Below, piece after piece: positions 40,757 through 50,251 of a DNA stretch of 64,000 nucleotides. Both the position numbers and the translations under genes were made by a program. Under the pieces are notes generated by a model. That model saw only the letters and a program-made list of their open reading frames with translations, did no database searches and was not told the origin of the DNA. The stretch covers positions 24,105 through 88,104 of the forward strand of contig DHHJ01000022.1 of NCBI GenBank assembly GCA_002403205.1, written 5' to 3'. Each line of letters opens with the position of its first letter. The stretch's first letter is position 1. This DNA comes from Anaerolineaceae bacterium UBA4775 (lineage in GTDB: Bacteria > Chloroflexota > Anaerolineae > Anaerolineales > Anaerolineaceae).

Positions 40757-41236
40757 CTACCCGGGAAGGTATGCTTCAAGATTCAAGATGGAACGGTCGC
40801 CCAGGGCTTCCAACAGGGTGAGCAGGTGGGAGACGTTGGCTTCTTCTTCGACCTGTTCGGAAACATACCAGCGCAGAAAATCCTGGGTGGCGTAATCTTT
40901 TTCCTCAATCGCCAGGTCCATCAGGTGGTTGATCCGGCCGGTGACGTCTTTTTCCCAGGTCATGGCCGCTTCAAGAGCCGCTTTGACGCTGGCAAATTGG
41001 CTGGTGGGGGCTTCAACTGCGGGAATGGCTACATTGCCTTCAACTTCCATCAAAAAATGCACAAATTTCAATGCGTGCTCGCGTTCTTCCTCTGATTGTT
41101 TGAAATACATCTGTGAAAGGCGCACGAGACCGATGCTGTCGAAGTAGGCTGCCATGTTGGCGTAGCCGTTGGATGCAAACAATTCTTCGCCGATTTGGGT
41201 GTTGATGGCATCGTTTAATTTTTTACTGATCTTCAT
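40757..41236 (-). CDS. ftnA: Non-heme ferritin
   Basis: QSEEEREHA, EKD, FLRWYVSEQVEEE. Confidence 0.9.
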   Translation of the reverse strand: MKISKKLNDAINTQIGEELFASNGYANMAAYFDSIGLVRLSQMYFKQSEEEREHALKFVHFLMEVEGNVAIPAVEAPTSQFASVKAALEAAMTWEKDVTGRINHLMDLAIEEKDYATQDFLRWYVSEQVEEEANVSHLLTLLEALGDRSILNLEAYLPG

Positions 41237-41382
41237 GTGGGTCCCTCCATGGATTAATTTTTAATTTCTATGAAGTATACTAGATATTTGTATAAATAGC
41301 ATAAAAATTGTGCGATTTCATTGAAATTGTATGCATTGTGGGCTTTGCTTGCATTTGAATCATGGTCAGCGGGTTAGGGGTG

Positions 41383-42114
41383 TTACTTGCGTGCCTGGCT
41401 GGCAAGATAAAGGGCAATTGAGCCGGCAACTGCGGCGTTGAGGGAGTCGATCCGGCCAGACATGGGCAGGCGCATCAAGAGATCGCACTTTTCCCTCACC
41501 AAACGGCGCAAACCGCTGGCTTCGTTGCCAACTACCAGCCCGATCCCGCCGGCGAGGTTGACCTTGGCTGGCGCCTGCGCAGCAGGGCTGTCTTCCAGGC
41601 CGATCATCCACCCGCCCGCTGCTTTAAGGCGGTCCATAGCCTGGGCGAGGTTGTGCTGCGTGATCCTGAGCAGTTCTGTTGCCCCTGATGAGGCGTTCAC
41701 CACGGCTGGTGTGACGGCTGCTGTCCGGGCAAGCGGCAGAACGACGCCGTGCACACCGAATGCTTCTGCAGAGCGCAACAGTGTTCCCAGGTTTTGCGGG
41801 TCTTGCACCTGGTCCAAGAGCAACACAAAGACAGGCTCGCCTCGCCCCTGGGCGACCCCGATGATAGCGTCCAAGTCACTGTAGGGATAACTGCCGGTAT
41901 TGAGGGCCATGCCCTGGTGATGGGGGTCAATCCCATCGAGGGTGGACCGATTGACGGGTTTGATGTGAATGTTTTGGGCGCGTGCCAGCCGGATGAGCTC
42001 ATCCAGTTGCGTATTTTTTTGGATGTTTTCCGCAATCCAAAGGTGGTTAACCTGCCGGCGCTGTGCCCTGAGCACTTCGAAGATGGGGTTTCGGCCGGTG
42101 ATCCATTCGCTCAA
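41383..42114 (-). CDS. rlmB: 23S rRNA Gm2251 methyltransferase
   Basis: HQG, DPQNLG, GNEASG, SLNAAVA; downstream of cysS. Confidence 0.88.
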   Translation of the reverse strand: MSEWITGRNPIFEVLRAQRRQVNHLWIAENIQKNTQLDELIRLARAQNIHIKPVNRSTLDGIDPHHQGMALNTGSYPYSDLDAIIGVAQGRGEPVFVLLLDQVQDPQNLGTLLRSAEAFGVHGVVLPLARTAAVTPAVVNASSGATELLRITQHNLAQAMDRLKAAGGWMIGLEDSPAAQAPAKVNLAGGIGLVVGNEASGLRRLVREKCDLLMRLPMSGRIDSLNAAVAGSIALYLASQARK

Positions 42115-42117
42115 GGG

Positions 42118-43518
42118 TTACTCCCAGTGCCAGGTTGAACCCTGGGGTGTATCTTCGATGACCACACCCAGTTTCAACAGGTCGTCTCTCACACCATCCG
42201 CCAGGCTGTACATTTTTTGTTCACGGAGCTGCTGGCGCAGGTCGAGCAAAAGATCGATGAATGCGTCCGCTCCGGTGGCCCCTGCTTCAGGCTCGTTCAG
42301 TTCAAGGCCTAAAACACCGGTCAGCTCGTTGAAGGTATGCTGGGCAGGCGATAATTCTTCGTCGGTGGCCTGCTCTGATCGAGCCTGGTTGATGGCTCTC
42401 ACCAGGTCGAAGATGCTCCCCAGGGCGCCTGCGGTGTTGACATCTTCATCCATGGCGGCGATGAAGGCTTCACGGGTGGCGGTGATCTGTTTGTCCAGTT
42501 TTTCGAGGACATCAGCAGGTGCGCCTGCCGCACCTGGCAGGGCGGGGCGTTTGGCAGACAGCAGTCGTTCCAGGGCACGCTGGTTGGCTTCGATCACTTC
42601 GCTGTTGAAGGTTAACGGGCTGCGGTAGTAGGAACTGAGGACGAGCAGGCGCATCACGTCCCCGGGGTATTCTTCCAGGAACTCATTGATCGGGACCAGG
42701 TTGCCGATGGATTTAGACATCTTCTCCCCTTTGAGCTGAAGCATGCCGTTGTGCATCCAGTAGCGCGCAAAGGGCGCACCGGTGATGGCTTCTGTCTGGG
42801 CGATTTCGTTCTCATGGTGGGGGAAGATCAGGTCATTGCCGCCGCCGTGAATGTCAATTTGATGACCCAGGTGGCTCAGGTTCATAGCCGAGCATTCGAT
42901 ATGCCAACCAGGCCGGCCAGGGCCCCAGGGGCTGTCCCAGGAGGGTTCGCCAGGTTTGACTTTCTTCCAGACGGCGAAATCCATGGGGTTTTCTTTGCGT
43001 TCGTCCACCCGGATGCGGCTGCCTGCGTTCATTTCTTCCAGTTTGCGGCCGGAGAGTTTGCCGTAATCCTTGGCTGTTTCAACCCTGAAATATACGTCCC
43101 CTTCCACCTCGTAGGCAGCACCTTTTTCGATCAATTGCGACACCATATCAATGATCGCATTGATCTCTTCCGTGGCGCGGGGGTGCTCTGTGGCAGGCAT
43201 GATATTGAGGTCCCGCAGGTTGTTTTTAAACTCCTCGATATATTTCTCGGCGAGCTCAAAGGGGTCCACGCCCATGCGTTTGGCGCGGTCGATGATTTTG
43301 TCATCCACATCGGTGAAGTTCATCACATATTCGACATCGTAGCCCCGAAAGATCAGATACCGCCGAATAATGTCAAAAACCAGGGCTGACATCGCATGTC
43401 CAACATGGGCGCTGTCGTAAACGGTTGGCCCGCAGACATACATCCTGACTTTTCCTTCTTCGATGGTTTTAAATTCAGTTTTTTCCCGGGTCAGGGTGTT
43501 ATAAACTCGTAAGGTCAT
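42118..43518 (-). CDS. cysS: Cysteinyl-tRNA synthetase
   Basis: CGPTVY..HVGH, GWHIEC, KMSKS. Confidence 0.98.
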   Translation of the reverse strand: MTLRVYNTLTREKTEFKTIEEGKVRMYVCGPTVYDSAHVGHAMSALVFDIIRRYLIFRGYDVEYVMNFTDVDDKIIDRAKRMGVDPFELAEKYIEEFKNNLRDLNIMPATEHPRATEEINAIIDMVSQLIEKGAAYEVEGDVYFRVETAKDYGKLSGRKLEEMNAGSRIRVDERKENPMDFAVWKKVKPGEPSWDSPWGPGRPGWHIECSAMNLSHLGHQIDIHGGGNDLIFPHHENEIAQTEAITGAPFARYWMHNGMLQLKGEKMSKSIGNLVPINEFLEEYPGDVMRLLVLSSYYRSPLTFNSEVIEANQRALERLLSAKRPALPGAAGAPADVLEKLDKQITATREAFIAAMDEDVNTAGALGSIFDLVRAINQARSEQATDEELSPAQHTFNELTGVLGLELNEPEAGATGADAFIDLLLDLRQQLREQKMYSLADGVRDDLLKLGVVIEDTPQGSTWHWE

Positions 43519-43558
43519 GGTTAATAAGCTCTCTGTCTAAATTCCGGTGTATATGTAC

Positions 43559-44638
43559 TTATTCAGGTTTGGCAAAGATCATCCTGCCAGCCGCAGTTTG
43601 GAGAACCTTGGTGACGGTGATCCTGATGGTTTTTCCGATGTAGGCATGCCCGTCTTCCACCACCACCATGGTGCCATCTTCCATATACCCAACGCCCTGG
43701 CCGTATTCCTTGCCTTCCTGGATGATGGTCATATCCAGGGATTCACCCGGCAGCAGGATGGCTTTTACAGCATTGGCCAGCTCGTTGATATTGAGAACTT
43801 TGACGCCCTGCAGTTCAGCCACGCGGTTGAGGTTGTAATCGTTGGTGAGGATAGGGCAGTTTAACTGGCGAGCAAGGACAACCAAACGATCGTCGACTTC
43901 ACGGACACCTTCGACATCGATATCTGTGATGGTGACGGGGATATCAGGGTCTTTCTGCAACTCGGCCAAAACTTCCATACCACGTCGGCCCCTTTGGCGG
44001 CGGAGGTTGTCTGCCGAATCGCTGACGTATTGCAGCTCGTTGAGCACAAAGCGCGGGATGAGCAAGCGTCCAAGCAGAAAACCCGTGCGGGCGATATCAT
44101 AAATGCGCCCATCGATGATTGTACTGGTATCCACGAGAATGCGCCGGCTATCGGTGATCGCATTGGCGTCCTCTGACCCGTCCTCCAGGTCACCACCGCG
44201 CGGCCCAACGCGGATCAGGTGGCGCAGCTCTTTCTGGCGGGAGACAAACAGGATCACGCCCAAGTAGCCGAAGATCAGCACGGCAATAAAAGGCAGGATG
44301 CTGCCAAATGGTGGGGGCAGCAGGGAGATGGGGTATGCCAGCAGGGCGGATAAAACCAACCCAACGATCAGCCCCAGGATCCCGAAAACCAGTGTTTGGG
44401 CAGATAGGTTACTGAGTTGTTTGCGCAGCGCAGAGATGGGTTTGATCGATATCCATGGCGCGATAATGAAACCAAATACTGCAAAGATAAAGGTTGAGAG
44501 AATTTGGTAAAAAAGGATGTTCTGAGGGCTTTCGACCCATACCCTTTGGATTAAGTGCCCAACAGGTTCGCCTATAAAAAAGCCAGTTGCGCCAATAAGG
44601 ATGAATCCAATAATACGAGAGATAAATTCAATGGACAT
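43559..44638 (-). CDS. Membrane PIN/TRAM domain protein (YacL-like)
   Basis: DTSTIIDGRI, TNDYNL, DGTMVVVE, QTAAGRMIF. Confidence 0.92.
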   Translation of the reverse strand: MSIEFISRIIGFILIGATGFFIGEPVGHLIQRVWVESPQNILFYQILSTFIFAVFGFIIAPWISIKPISALRKQLSNLSAQTLVFGILGLIVGLVLSALLAYPISLLPPPFGSILPFIAVLIFGYLGVILFVSRQKELRHLIRVGPRGGDLEDGSEDANAITDSRRILVDTSTIIDGRIYDIARTGFLLGRLLIPRFVLNELQYVSDSADNLRRQRGRRGMEVLAELQKDPDIPVTITDIDVEGVREVDDRLVVLARQLNCPILTNDYNLNRVAELQGVKVLNINELANAVKAILLPGESLDMTIIQEGKEYGQGVGYMEDGTMVVVEDGHAYIGKTIRITVTKVLQTAAGRMIFAKPE

Positions 44639-44689
44639 ATATGATGACTCCTTTTAAAGTGCAAAATAAATGAAATAATAGCTAACTAA

Positions 44690-44718
44690 ATGATAGCATG
44701 CGGGGCAGGATAAGTCAA
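44690..44718 (-). promoter_or_regulatory. Sigma70 promoter
   Basis: TTGACT-17-TATCAT. Confidence 0.65.
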
Positions 44719-44967
44719 TTTTAGGGGGTTGTTCAAAGGGAATATTAATCTGTTTTAACGGTAAACCAACAGCTGTCTTTGGATTCACCCTGCCTTTGCA
44801 GGGGCGTGGCATCAGTTGGGCTCTAGAACCACACCAGCAGTCTGGTGGGCAAGGTGTGTAAGATCCTGCAGCCTGCCTTTTGGTTAAAACCAACATAAGC
44901 TGGGTTGTTGCCAAGGCTCGTGATTTGTGTTTGATTTGTTCTTTAATTTTGTTGCGGGAAAAACAAC

Positions 44968-45255
44968 CTACGCAGGTGGGTTAATGTTAGCTGCGGGTTT
45001 ATTGGGCAGGTTTTGAAGCCCGGGATGGATGGGTGTGCCCGCATCCGGGTTGAGGAGCAGGCTCAATTGCGCCAGCGCCTCGCTGTCGTAAAGGCGGTGA
45101 CCGCACAGGTCACAGATCCAGGCAGGGAAGTCTGGTACGGTGATCAGATCGTCACCGAGCCAGGTCATCAGAGTGACCGTTTGCAGGTGCTTGCGTCCGC
45201 CCTGGCAATTTTGGCAAGGCTGGCTGTCGAGGTTCTCAATCAGAAGGGTCGGCAT
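44968..45255 (-). CDS. YgiT-type zinc-finger protein
   Basis: CQNC...VPDFPAWICDLCG. Confidence 0.75.
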   Translation of the reverse strand: MPTLLIENLDSQPCQNCQGGRKHLQTVTLMTWLGDDLITVPDFPAWICDLCGHRLYDSEALAQLSLLLNPDAGTPIHPGLQNLPNKPAANINPPA

Positions 45256-45360
45256 AATTTTTCCTTGGCGATGATTTTATCACCAAAATAAAAATAATTA
45301 AGCACCAAAAGGGCGAAGGTTTGTTGATTATGTGGATAGACAGGCTTCACAGATTTGAGA

Positions 45361-45966
45361 TCACTGAACGGCTTGAACGATGCCCGGACTGCGTAGCAAT
45401 GTGACTTCAGAGAGGGGCCAATAGATCAGCAAAGCACGCCCAACAATGTCATCATGGGGCACAAACCCCCACATGTGTGAGTCGCTGGAATTATTGCGGT
45501 TATCGCCAAGGACAAAATATTCGTCAGGCGGCACATCCCAGGTGCCTGTGTAGCGGGGTGCTTCTGCGATGTAGGGTTCATACAGCGGCTGGTTGTTCAC
45601 ATACACCAGCCCATCCGTAATGCGAACCTGGTCTCCAGGCAGGGCAACGATGCGTTTGATGTAATCCATATCGCTGGCGCCCGGGGCATGAAAGACAACA
45701 ATATCGCCAATCGAGGGCTCGCCAAATTTGTAGGCAACGCGGTTGACCAGGAGGAATTCGCCAGGTTTCAGCGTTGGCTGCATGCTAACATTTTCGACCC
45801 TGACCCGGGCCGATAGGGCGTTGATCGCCAGGAACAACACCAGCGCCAGCAGGATGGTTTCGACGGTATCAATAAAAAACCCAAGGCATCCTGAGCGCCT
45901 TGATTTGGATCCGGCTCGCTCGGTGGGGTGGGCAGAGGTTTGTTCGGTTTGTGTGTCTTCAATCAT
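45361..45966 (-). CDS. lepB: Signal peptidase I
   Basis: SMQPTL, YIKRI, GDNRNNSSDS. Confidence 0.95.
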   Translation of the reverse strand: MIEDTQTEQTSAHPTERAGSKSRRSGCLGFFIDTVETILLALVLFLAINALSARVRVENVSMQPTLKPGEFLLVNRVAYKFGEPSIGDIVVFHAPGASDMDYIKRIVALPGDQVRITDGLVYVNNQPLYEPYIAEAPRYTGTWDVPPDEYFVLGDNRNNSSDSHMWGFVPHDDIVGRALLIYWPLSEVTLLRSPGIVQAVQ

Positions 45967-46055
45967 GGTTACTTCTTGTTGATGGCTGGTTAGGGCACCA
46001 AGATGGTTCAGTTTTCGTTTTCATTATAACGTATCTCGTCAAGAATGGTCAGCCG

Positions 46056-47426
46056 CTACTCCCGGCGCTTTTTGAGCACGATGCGGATGGGCGTCCCGAT
46101 ATAGGGATATTCGGCCCGGATTTGGTTTTCAATGTAGCGCAGATAGGTAAAGTGGGCATATTCTGGATTGTTGACGTACAACATGAAGGTTGGCGGGTCA
46201 CTGCGTACCTGGGTGCCGTAGTAGATGCGCAACGATCGGCCAGACCTTGAAGGCGCGGGGTGGCGGTCTTGGGCGTTCTGGATGATGCGGTTGATCTGAG
46301 ATGTGGACAGGCGCACCAACCGCTCCTCCTGGACCTGCAGGGCGAGCGGCAAAACCCGGTCAACCCGTTTGCCAGTCAGGGCACTGATGAAGATCATTGG
46401 GACGTAGTCCATAAAATTCAACTCGTGCCGGATTTTGGCCGTGTATTCATCGATGGTGTAGGTGTCTTTTTCGACCAGATCCCATTTGTTGACGACAACG
46501 ATGGCGCTCTTCCAGGCGTCTTTAATATAACCGGCAATGTGAGTATCCTGAGCGGTGATGCTGGTGGTGGCATCGATCACTAAAATGGCAACATCTGCCC
46601 GTTCGATGGCATTCATGCTGCGGATCACGCTGTATTTTTCCACCCCCGGTAACACCTTGCCCCTGCGGCGGATCCCGGCCGTATCGATCAGGGTGACGGG
46701 GATGCCTTCGTACTCTATTTTGGTGTCGACCGCATCGCGTGTGGTGCCGGGTATGTCGCTAACGATGGCGCGCTCTTCACCGATGATCTTGTTGAGGAGG
46801 CTGGATTTGCCAGCATTGGGCTTGCCAACGATGGCGATCTTCGCAGAGAGGTCTTCTTCGGTGTCTTCGTCAAAGGCTTCAATGTGGCGGACGACTTCAT
46901 CGAGCAGGTCTCCCGTGCCGGTGCCGTGTAAGGCGGAGATGGCGAAGGGGTCACCCATGCCGAGCTCGTAGAATTCGGCTACGGTCTGACGGGTTTTGGC
47001 ACTTTCTGCCTTGTTAACCGCCAGGATGACCGGTGGAAGGAATTTGCCATCAACCGAGCGCTGTTTGCGGCGCAGGATCTCGGCGATTTCATGATCGGCG
47101 GGGGTCACCCCGGCCTGGCCATCGACGACGAACAGGATCACATCCGCTTCTTCCATGGCGAGCTCAGCCTGGTCGCGAATCTGCTGGACGAAATCCTTGG
47201 AACCAACCGAGAGGGGTGCCTGGCCTTTTCCTTTGGTCGGATCGATCCCGCCTGTGTCCATCACAAAGAAGAAATAACCGTTCCAATCCGATTCGGCCAG
47301 GAGGCGGTCACGGGTCGTACCGGGCACCTCATCCACGATTGCCAGCCGTTCGCCGGTCAGGCGGTTGAAGAGGGTGCTCTTGCCAACATTGGGTCTGCCC
47401 ACCAGGGCAACAACAGGTTTTGCCAT
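46056..47426 (-). CDS. der: Ribosome biogenesis GTPase Der (EngA)
   Basis: Two G-domains GRPNVGKS and GKPNAGKS, KH-like C-terminus. Confidence 0.98.
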   Translation of the reverse strand: MAKPVVALVGRPNVGKSTLFNRLTGERLAIVDEVPGTTRDRLLAESDWNGYFFFVMDTGGIDPTKGKGQAPLSVGSKDFVQQIRDQAELAMEEADVILFVVDGQAGVTPADHEIAEILRRKQRSVDGKFLPPVILAVNKAESAKTRQTVAEFYELGMGDPFAISALHGTGTGDLLDEVVRHIEAFDEDTEEDLSAKIAIVGKPNAGKSSLLNKIIGEERAIVSDIPGTTRDAVDTKIEYEGIPVTLIDTAGIRRRGKVLPGVEKYSVIRSMNAIERADVAILVIDATTSITAQDTHIAGYIKDAWKSAIVVVNKWDLVEKDTYTIDEYTAKIRHELNFMDYVPMIFISALTGKRVDRVLPLALQVQEERLVRLSTSQINRIIQNAQDRHPAPSRSGRSLRIYYGTQVRSDPPTFMLYVNNPEYAHFTYLRYIENQIRAEYPYIGTPIRIVLKKRRE

Positions 47427-47603
47427 AGGACGTGATTATACCCCATGCATTGTGTAAGGACGATGGGGAGGGACAAGCTCAACAGGCAGCGATTGATACT
47501 GTCAAGGCAAAGTTAAAATGTCCTACTTGTTGAAATTTCCACAAGCGGACATTAGAAATAAATTACAATTAACAGGAAATTATTACAGCAATTATTTGGA
47601 TTA

Positions 47604-49112
47604 ATGATTATGTATGTGATCAGTGTAGACCTCGGAACAAGCAGTGTTCGGGCAGCGATCGTCTCGGACACACTGGAACTCCTGTTTCAGGAGTCTGTTC
47701 CGGTTTCGTTGCTGACGGATTCAACCCGCAAAGCAGAGGTCAACGCTGAGGAGATCTTGTTTTCATCTCGGCTCTGCATCCAAGCGGCGTTAGATTGGGC
47801 TCAGGAGGCCAAAATCCGAGTGGCCGGGCTCACTTTTTCAAATGCAGTGGCCAGCCTGGTATGTTTGGATGAGCAATTTACACCCATTCTGCCGGTATTA
47901 ACCTACACCGACTTACGGGCCCATCGTGAAGCCGATCTGCTATTGGGCACCCACGGCAAGGCGTTCTTTTTGAGCACGGCCACACCGGTCCACGCAAGCT
48001 ACTGGCTGCCCAAACTGCTCTGGTTGAAAAATACCAAGCCCGATTTTGAAAAATGCCATTACTTTTGCACCCTGAAGGACCTGCTGGTTTATCAGCTGAC
48101 CGGGCAGTTTGTGACCGATTTTTCGAATGCAGTTGCTACCGGTTTATGCAACGTGCTATCAGGGGATTGGGATGCCAGGCTTCTTGAAATTGCAGGTATT
48201 AGCACAGATCAGCTGCCGAAAATCCACCCGACCACGACTTTGCTGCAAACAAACCGTGGTCATTCCCCCGGATTGATTGACCTGCCCGATGACATCACGG
48301 TTGTGCTGGGCGCTATTGATGGGGTGCTATCCTCCTTGGGAGCAGGGGCGTATAAACCAGGCCAGGTCACGACCATGCTGGGTTCCAGCGGCGCCTGCCG
48401 GATGGCTGCCGAATCACCGTTGACCAACCCGGAATCCTATGGGGTCTGGTCTTACCCGCTGGATGACCAGATTTGGATTCGGGGCGGCGCCATGAATAAC
48501 GGCGGACTGGTCACCCGGTGGCTGGTGGATAATTTTTCACCAGCAGAACTTGAGGGTGAGCAAGCTTTCACGGCAATGTTCGCAGGCGCTGAACAAGTAG
48601 GGGTGGGCGCAGACAACCTGCTCTTTTTACCCTATCTATTTGGTGAGCGTGCGCCAATCTACAATGAAAATGCCAGGGGTGTGTTTTTTGGGTTGAGCAG
48701 CTTGCACACACGGGCTCACTTTGCCCGGGCAGGTATTGAAGGCATCCTGTTTGCGCTTTATTCGATATTTGACCAACTCCAAATCAAGCGCACAGATGAG
48801 GTAGAAATCCGCGCCACGGGCGGGTATGTCAGGTCGGATCTGATGTTGCACATCCAGGCGGATATCTTTGGTCATCCCATTTTGGTCCCTGGCAATTTTG
48901 AAGGCTCGCTGATCGGTGCGGCAGCCCTGGCATTCAAAGCAATGCAGCACATCAGCGATTACGACCAATTATTCACACGTTCTGTCATTGAAAAGAAAAT
49001 ATTACCCAATCGTGAACATCATCAACAGTATCAGGCATTATTCATTAAGTTTCAGCAATTATACAAAACATTGGAACCGTTATTTACGGTCACGACCGAA
49101 CCTGGTGAATAA
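47604..49112 (+). CDS. FGGY-family carbohydrate kinase (gluconokinase-like)
   Basis: DLGTSS, PKLLWL, LPYLFGERAP, ATGG. Confidence 0.88.
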   Translation: MIMYVISVDLGTSSVRAAIVSDTLELLFQESVPVSLLTDSTRKAEVNAEEILFSSRLCIQAALDWAQEAKIRVAGLTFSNAVASLVCLDEQFTPILPVLTYTDLRAHREADLLLGTHGKAFFLSTATPVHASYWLPKLLWLKNTKPDFEKCHYFCTLKDLLVYQLTGQFVTDFSNAVATGLCNVLSGDWDARLLEIAGISTDQLPKIHPTTTLLQTNRGHSPGLIDLPDDITVVLGAIDGVLSSLGAGAYKPGQVTTMLGSSGACRMAAESPLTNPESYGVWSYPLDDQIWIRGGAMNNGGLVTRWLVDNFSPAELEGEQAFTAMFAGAEQVGVGADNLLFLPYLFGERAPIYNENARGVFFGLSSLHTRAHFARAGIEGILFALYSIFDQLQIKRTDEVEIRATGGYVRSDLMLHIQADIFGHPILVPGNFEGSLIGAAALAFKAMQHISDYDQLFTRSVIEKKILPNREHHQQYQALFIKFQQLYKTLEPLFTVTTEPGE

Positions 49113-49162
49113 ACCACCATCGGTCACGCCCTATTGGTGAAGCATAAGGAGAAAACAAGCGC

Positions 49163-50245
49163 ATGACACAAATTCCAAAGGTTATGAAGGCCATCGTCCT
49201 TACAGGCCCGGGTGAACATGAATTGCGGGAAGTGCCGGTGCCGCAGCCTCGGGCATACGAAGTGTTATCGAAAGTCAGGGCAGTGGCCATTTGTGGCAGC
49301 GATCCGGAAATCTTTCAGGGCGGTTTGGCCGGTATTTGGCCGCCTTATTATCCTTTTATCGCTGGACATGAGTGGGCAGGCGAAGTGGTTGCCCTGGGCG
49401 AAGGTGTCACTAACCTCAATATTGGCGATCGTGTGGCAGGTGAGCCGCATAAAGGCTGCGGATTTTGCGAAAATTGCAAAGCCGGCCGGTACACCCTGTG
49501 CATGAATTATGGCAATTCTCAATCGGGACACCGGCACTACGGGTTTGTAAACGATGGCGCCTATGCACAATACGCTGTGCATTCCGCCAATACGGTCACG
49601 AAAATACCGGACACGGTCAGTTTTGCAGAAGGCTCACTGGGCGATACTGCTGCCGTTTCATTGCACGGCCTGGAATTGACCGGGATCACGCCAGGCGGCA
49701 CCGCCGTCATCATTGGACCGGGACCGATTGGCCTGCTGGCCATGCGCCTGGCAAAGGCGATGGGCGCAGCCAAAGTGATCATGGTTGGCCGCCGCTCCCG
49801 ACTGGAAGCCTCGCAAAGGCTCGGAGCGGATATGGTCGTGGACTTTGAAAAGGTCAACCCGGTTGAGGTCGTGCGAGAGATCACACAAGGGCGCGGGGCA
49901 GATGAAGTGTTCGAATGCTCTGGCGCTGCAGGGACCTTGACGCAGTCCATCCTGATGGTGAAAAAGGGCGGCAAGATCAGCTTATTGGGTGTGCCAGGAG
50001 CGGAAGTTCAGGAACCGGTGCCTTTTAAGCAAATTGTCCATGATGAAATCATGATCACGGGATCGCGTGCAGACCCCAACACCATGTGGCGTGCCATCGA
50101 AATGATTGCGGCTGGCAAGTTGAACGTGCAGGATTTAATCACCCACAAGTTTTCCCTCGACTCATATCAAGAAGCCTTGGACGTTTTCATCAACCGCAAA
50201 GACGGGGCAGTTAAAGTCATCATTGAACCAAATGAAAGGGAGTGA
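49163..50245 (+). CDS. Zn-dependent MDR dehydrogenase (polyol/sugar type)
   Basis: CGSD, GHE, CxxCxxC..C, GPGPIG. Confidence 0.9.
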   Translation: MTQIPKVMKAIVLTGPGEHELREVPVPQPRAYEVLSKVRAVAICGSDPEIFQGGLAGIWPPYYPFIAGHEWAGEVVALGEGVTNLNIGDRVAGEPHKGCGFCENCKAGRYTLCMNYGNSQSGHRHYGFVNDGAYAQYAVHSANTVTKIPDTVSFAEGSLGDTAAVSLHGLELTGITPGGTAVIIGPGPIGLLAMRLAKAMGAAKVIMVGRRSRLEASQRLGADMVVDFEKVNPVEVVREITQGRGADEVFECSGAAGTLTQSILMVKKGGKISLLGVPGAEVQEPVPFKQIVHDEIMITGSRADPNTMWRAIEMIAAGKLNVQDLITHKFSLDSYQEALDVFINRKDGAVKVIIEPNERE

Positions 50246-50251
50246 ACAATT

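Noticed and set aside
9803-45340. Scattered DnaA-box-like 9-mers (near 9804, 39305, 45332)
   Set aside because: Single mismatched copies, not clustered; no oriC evidence
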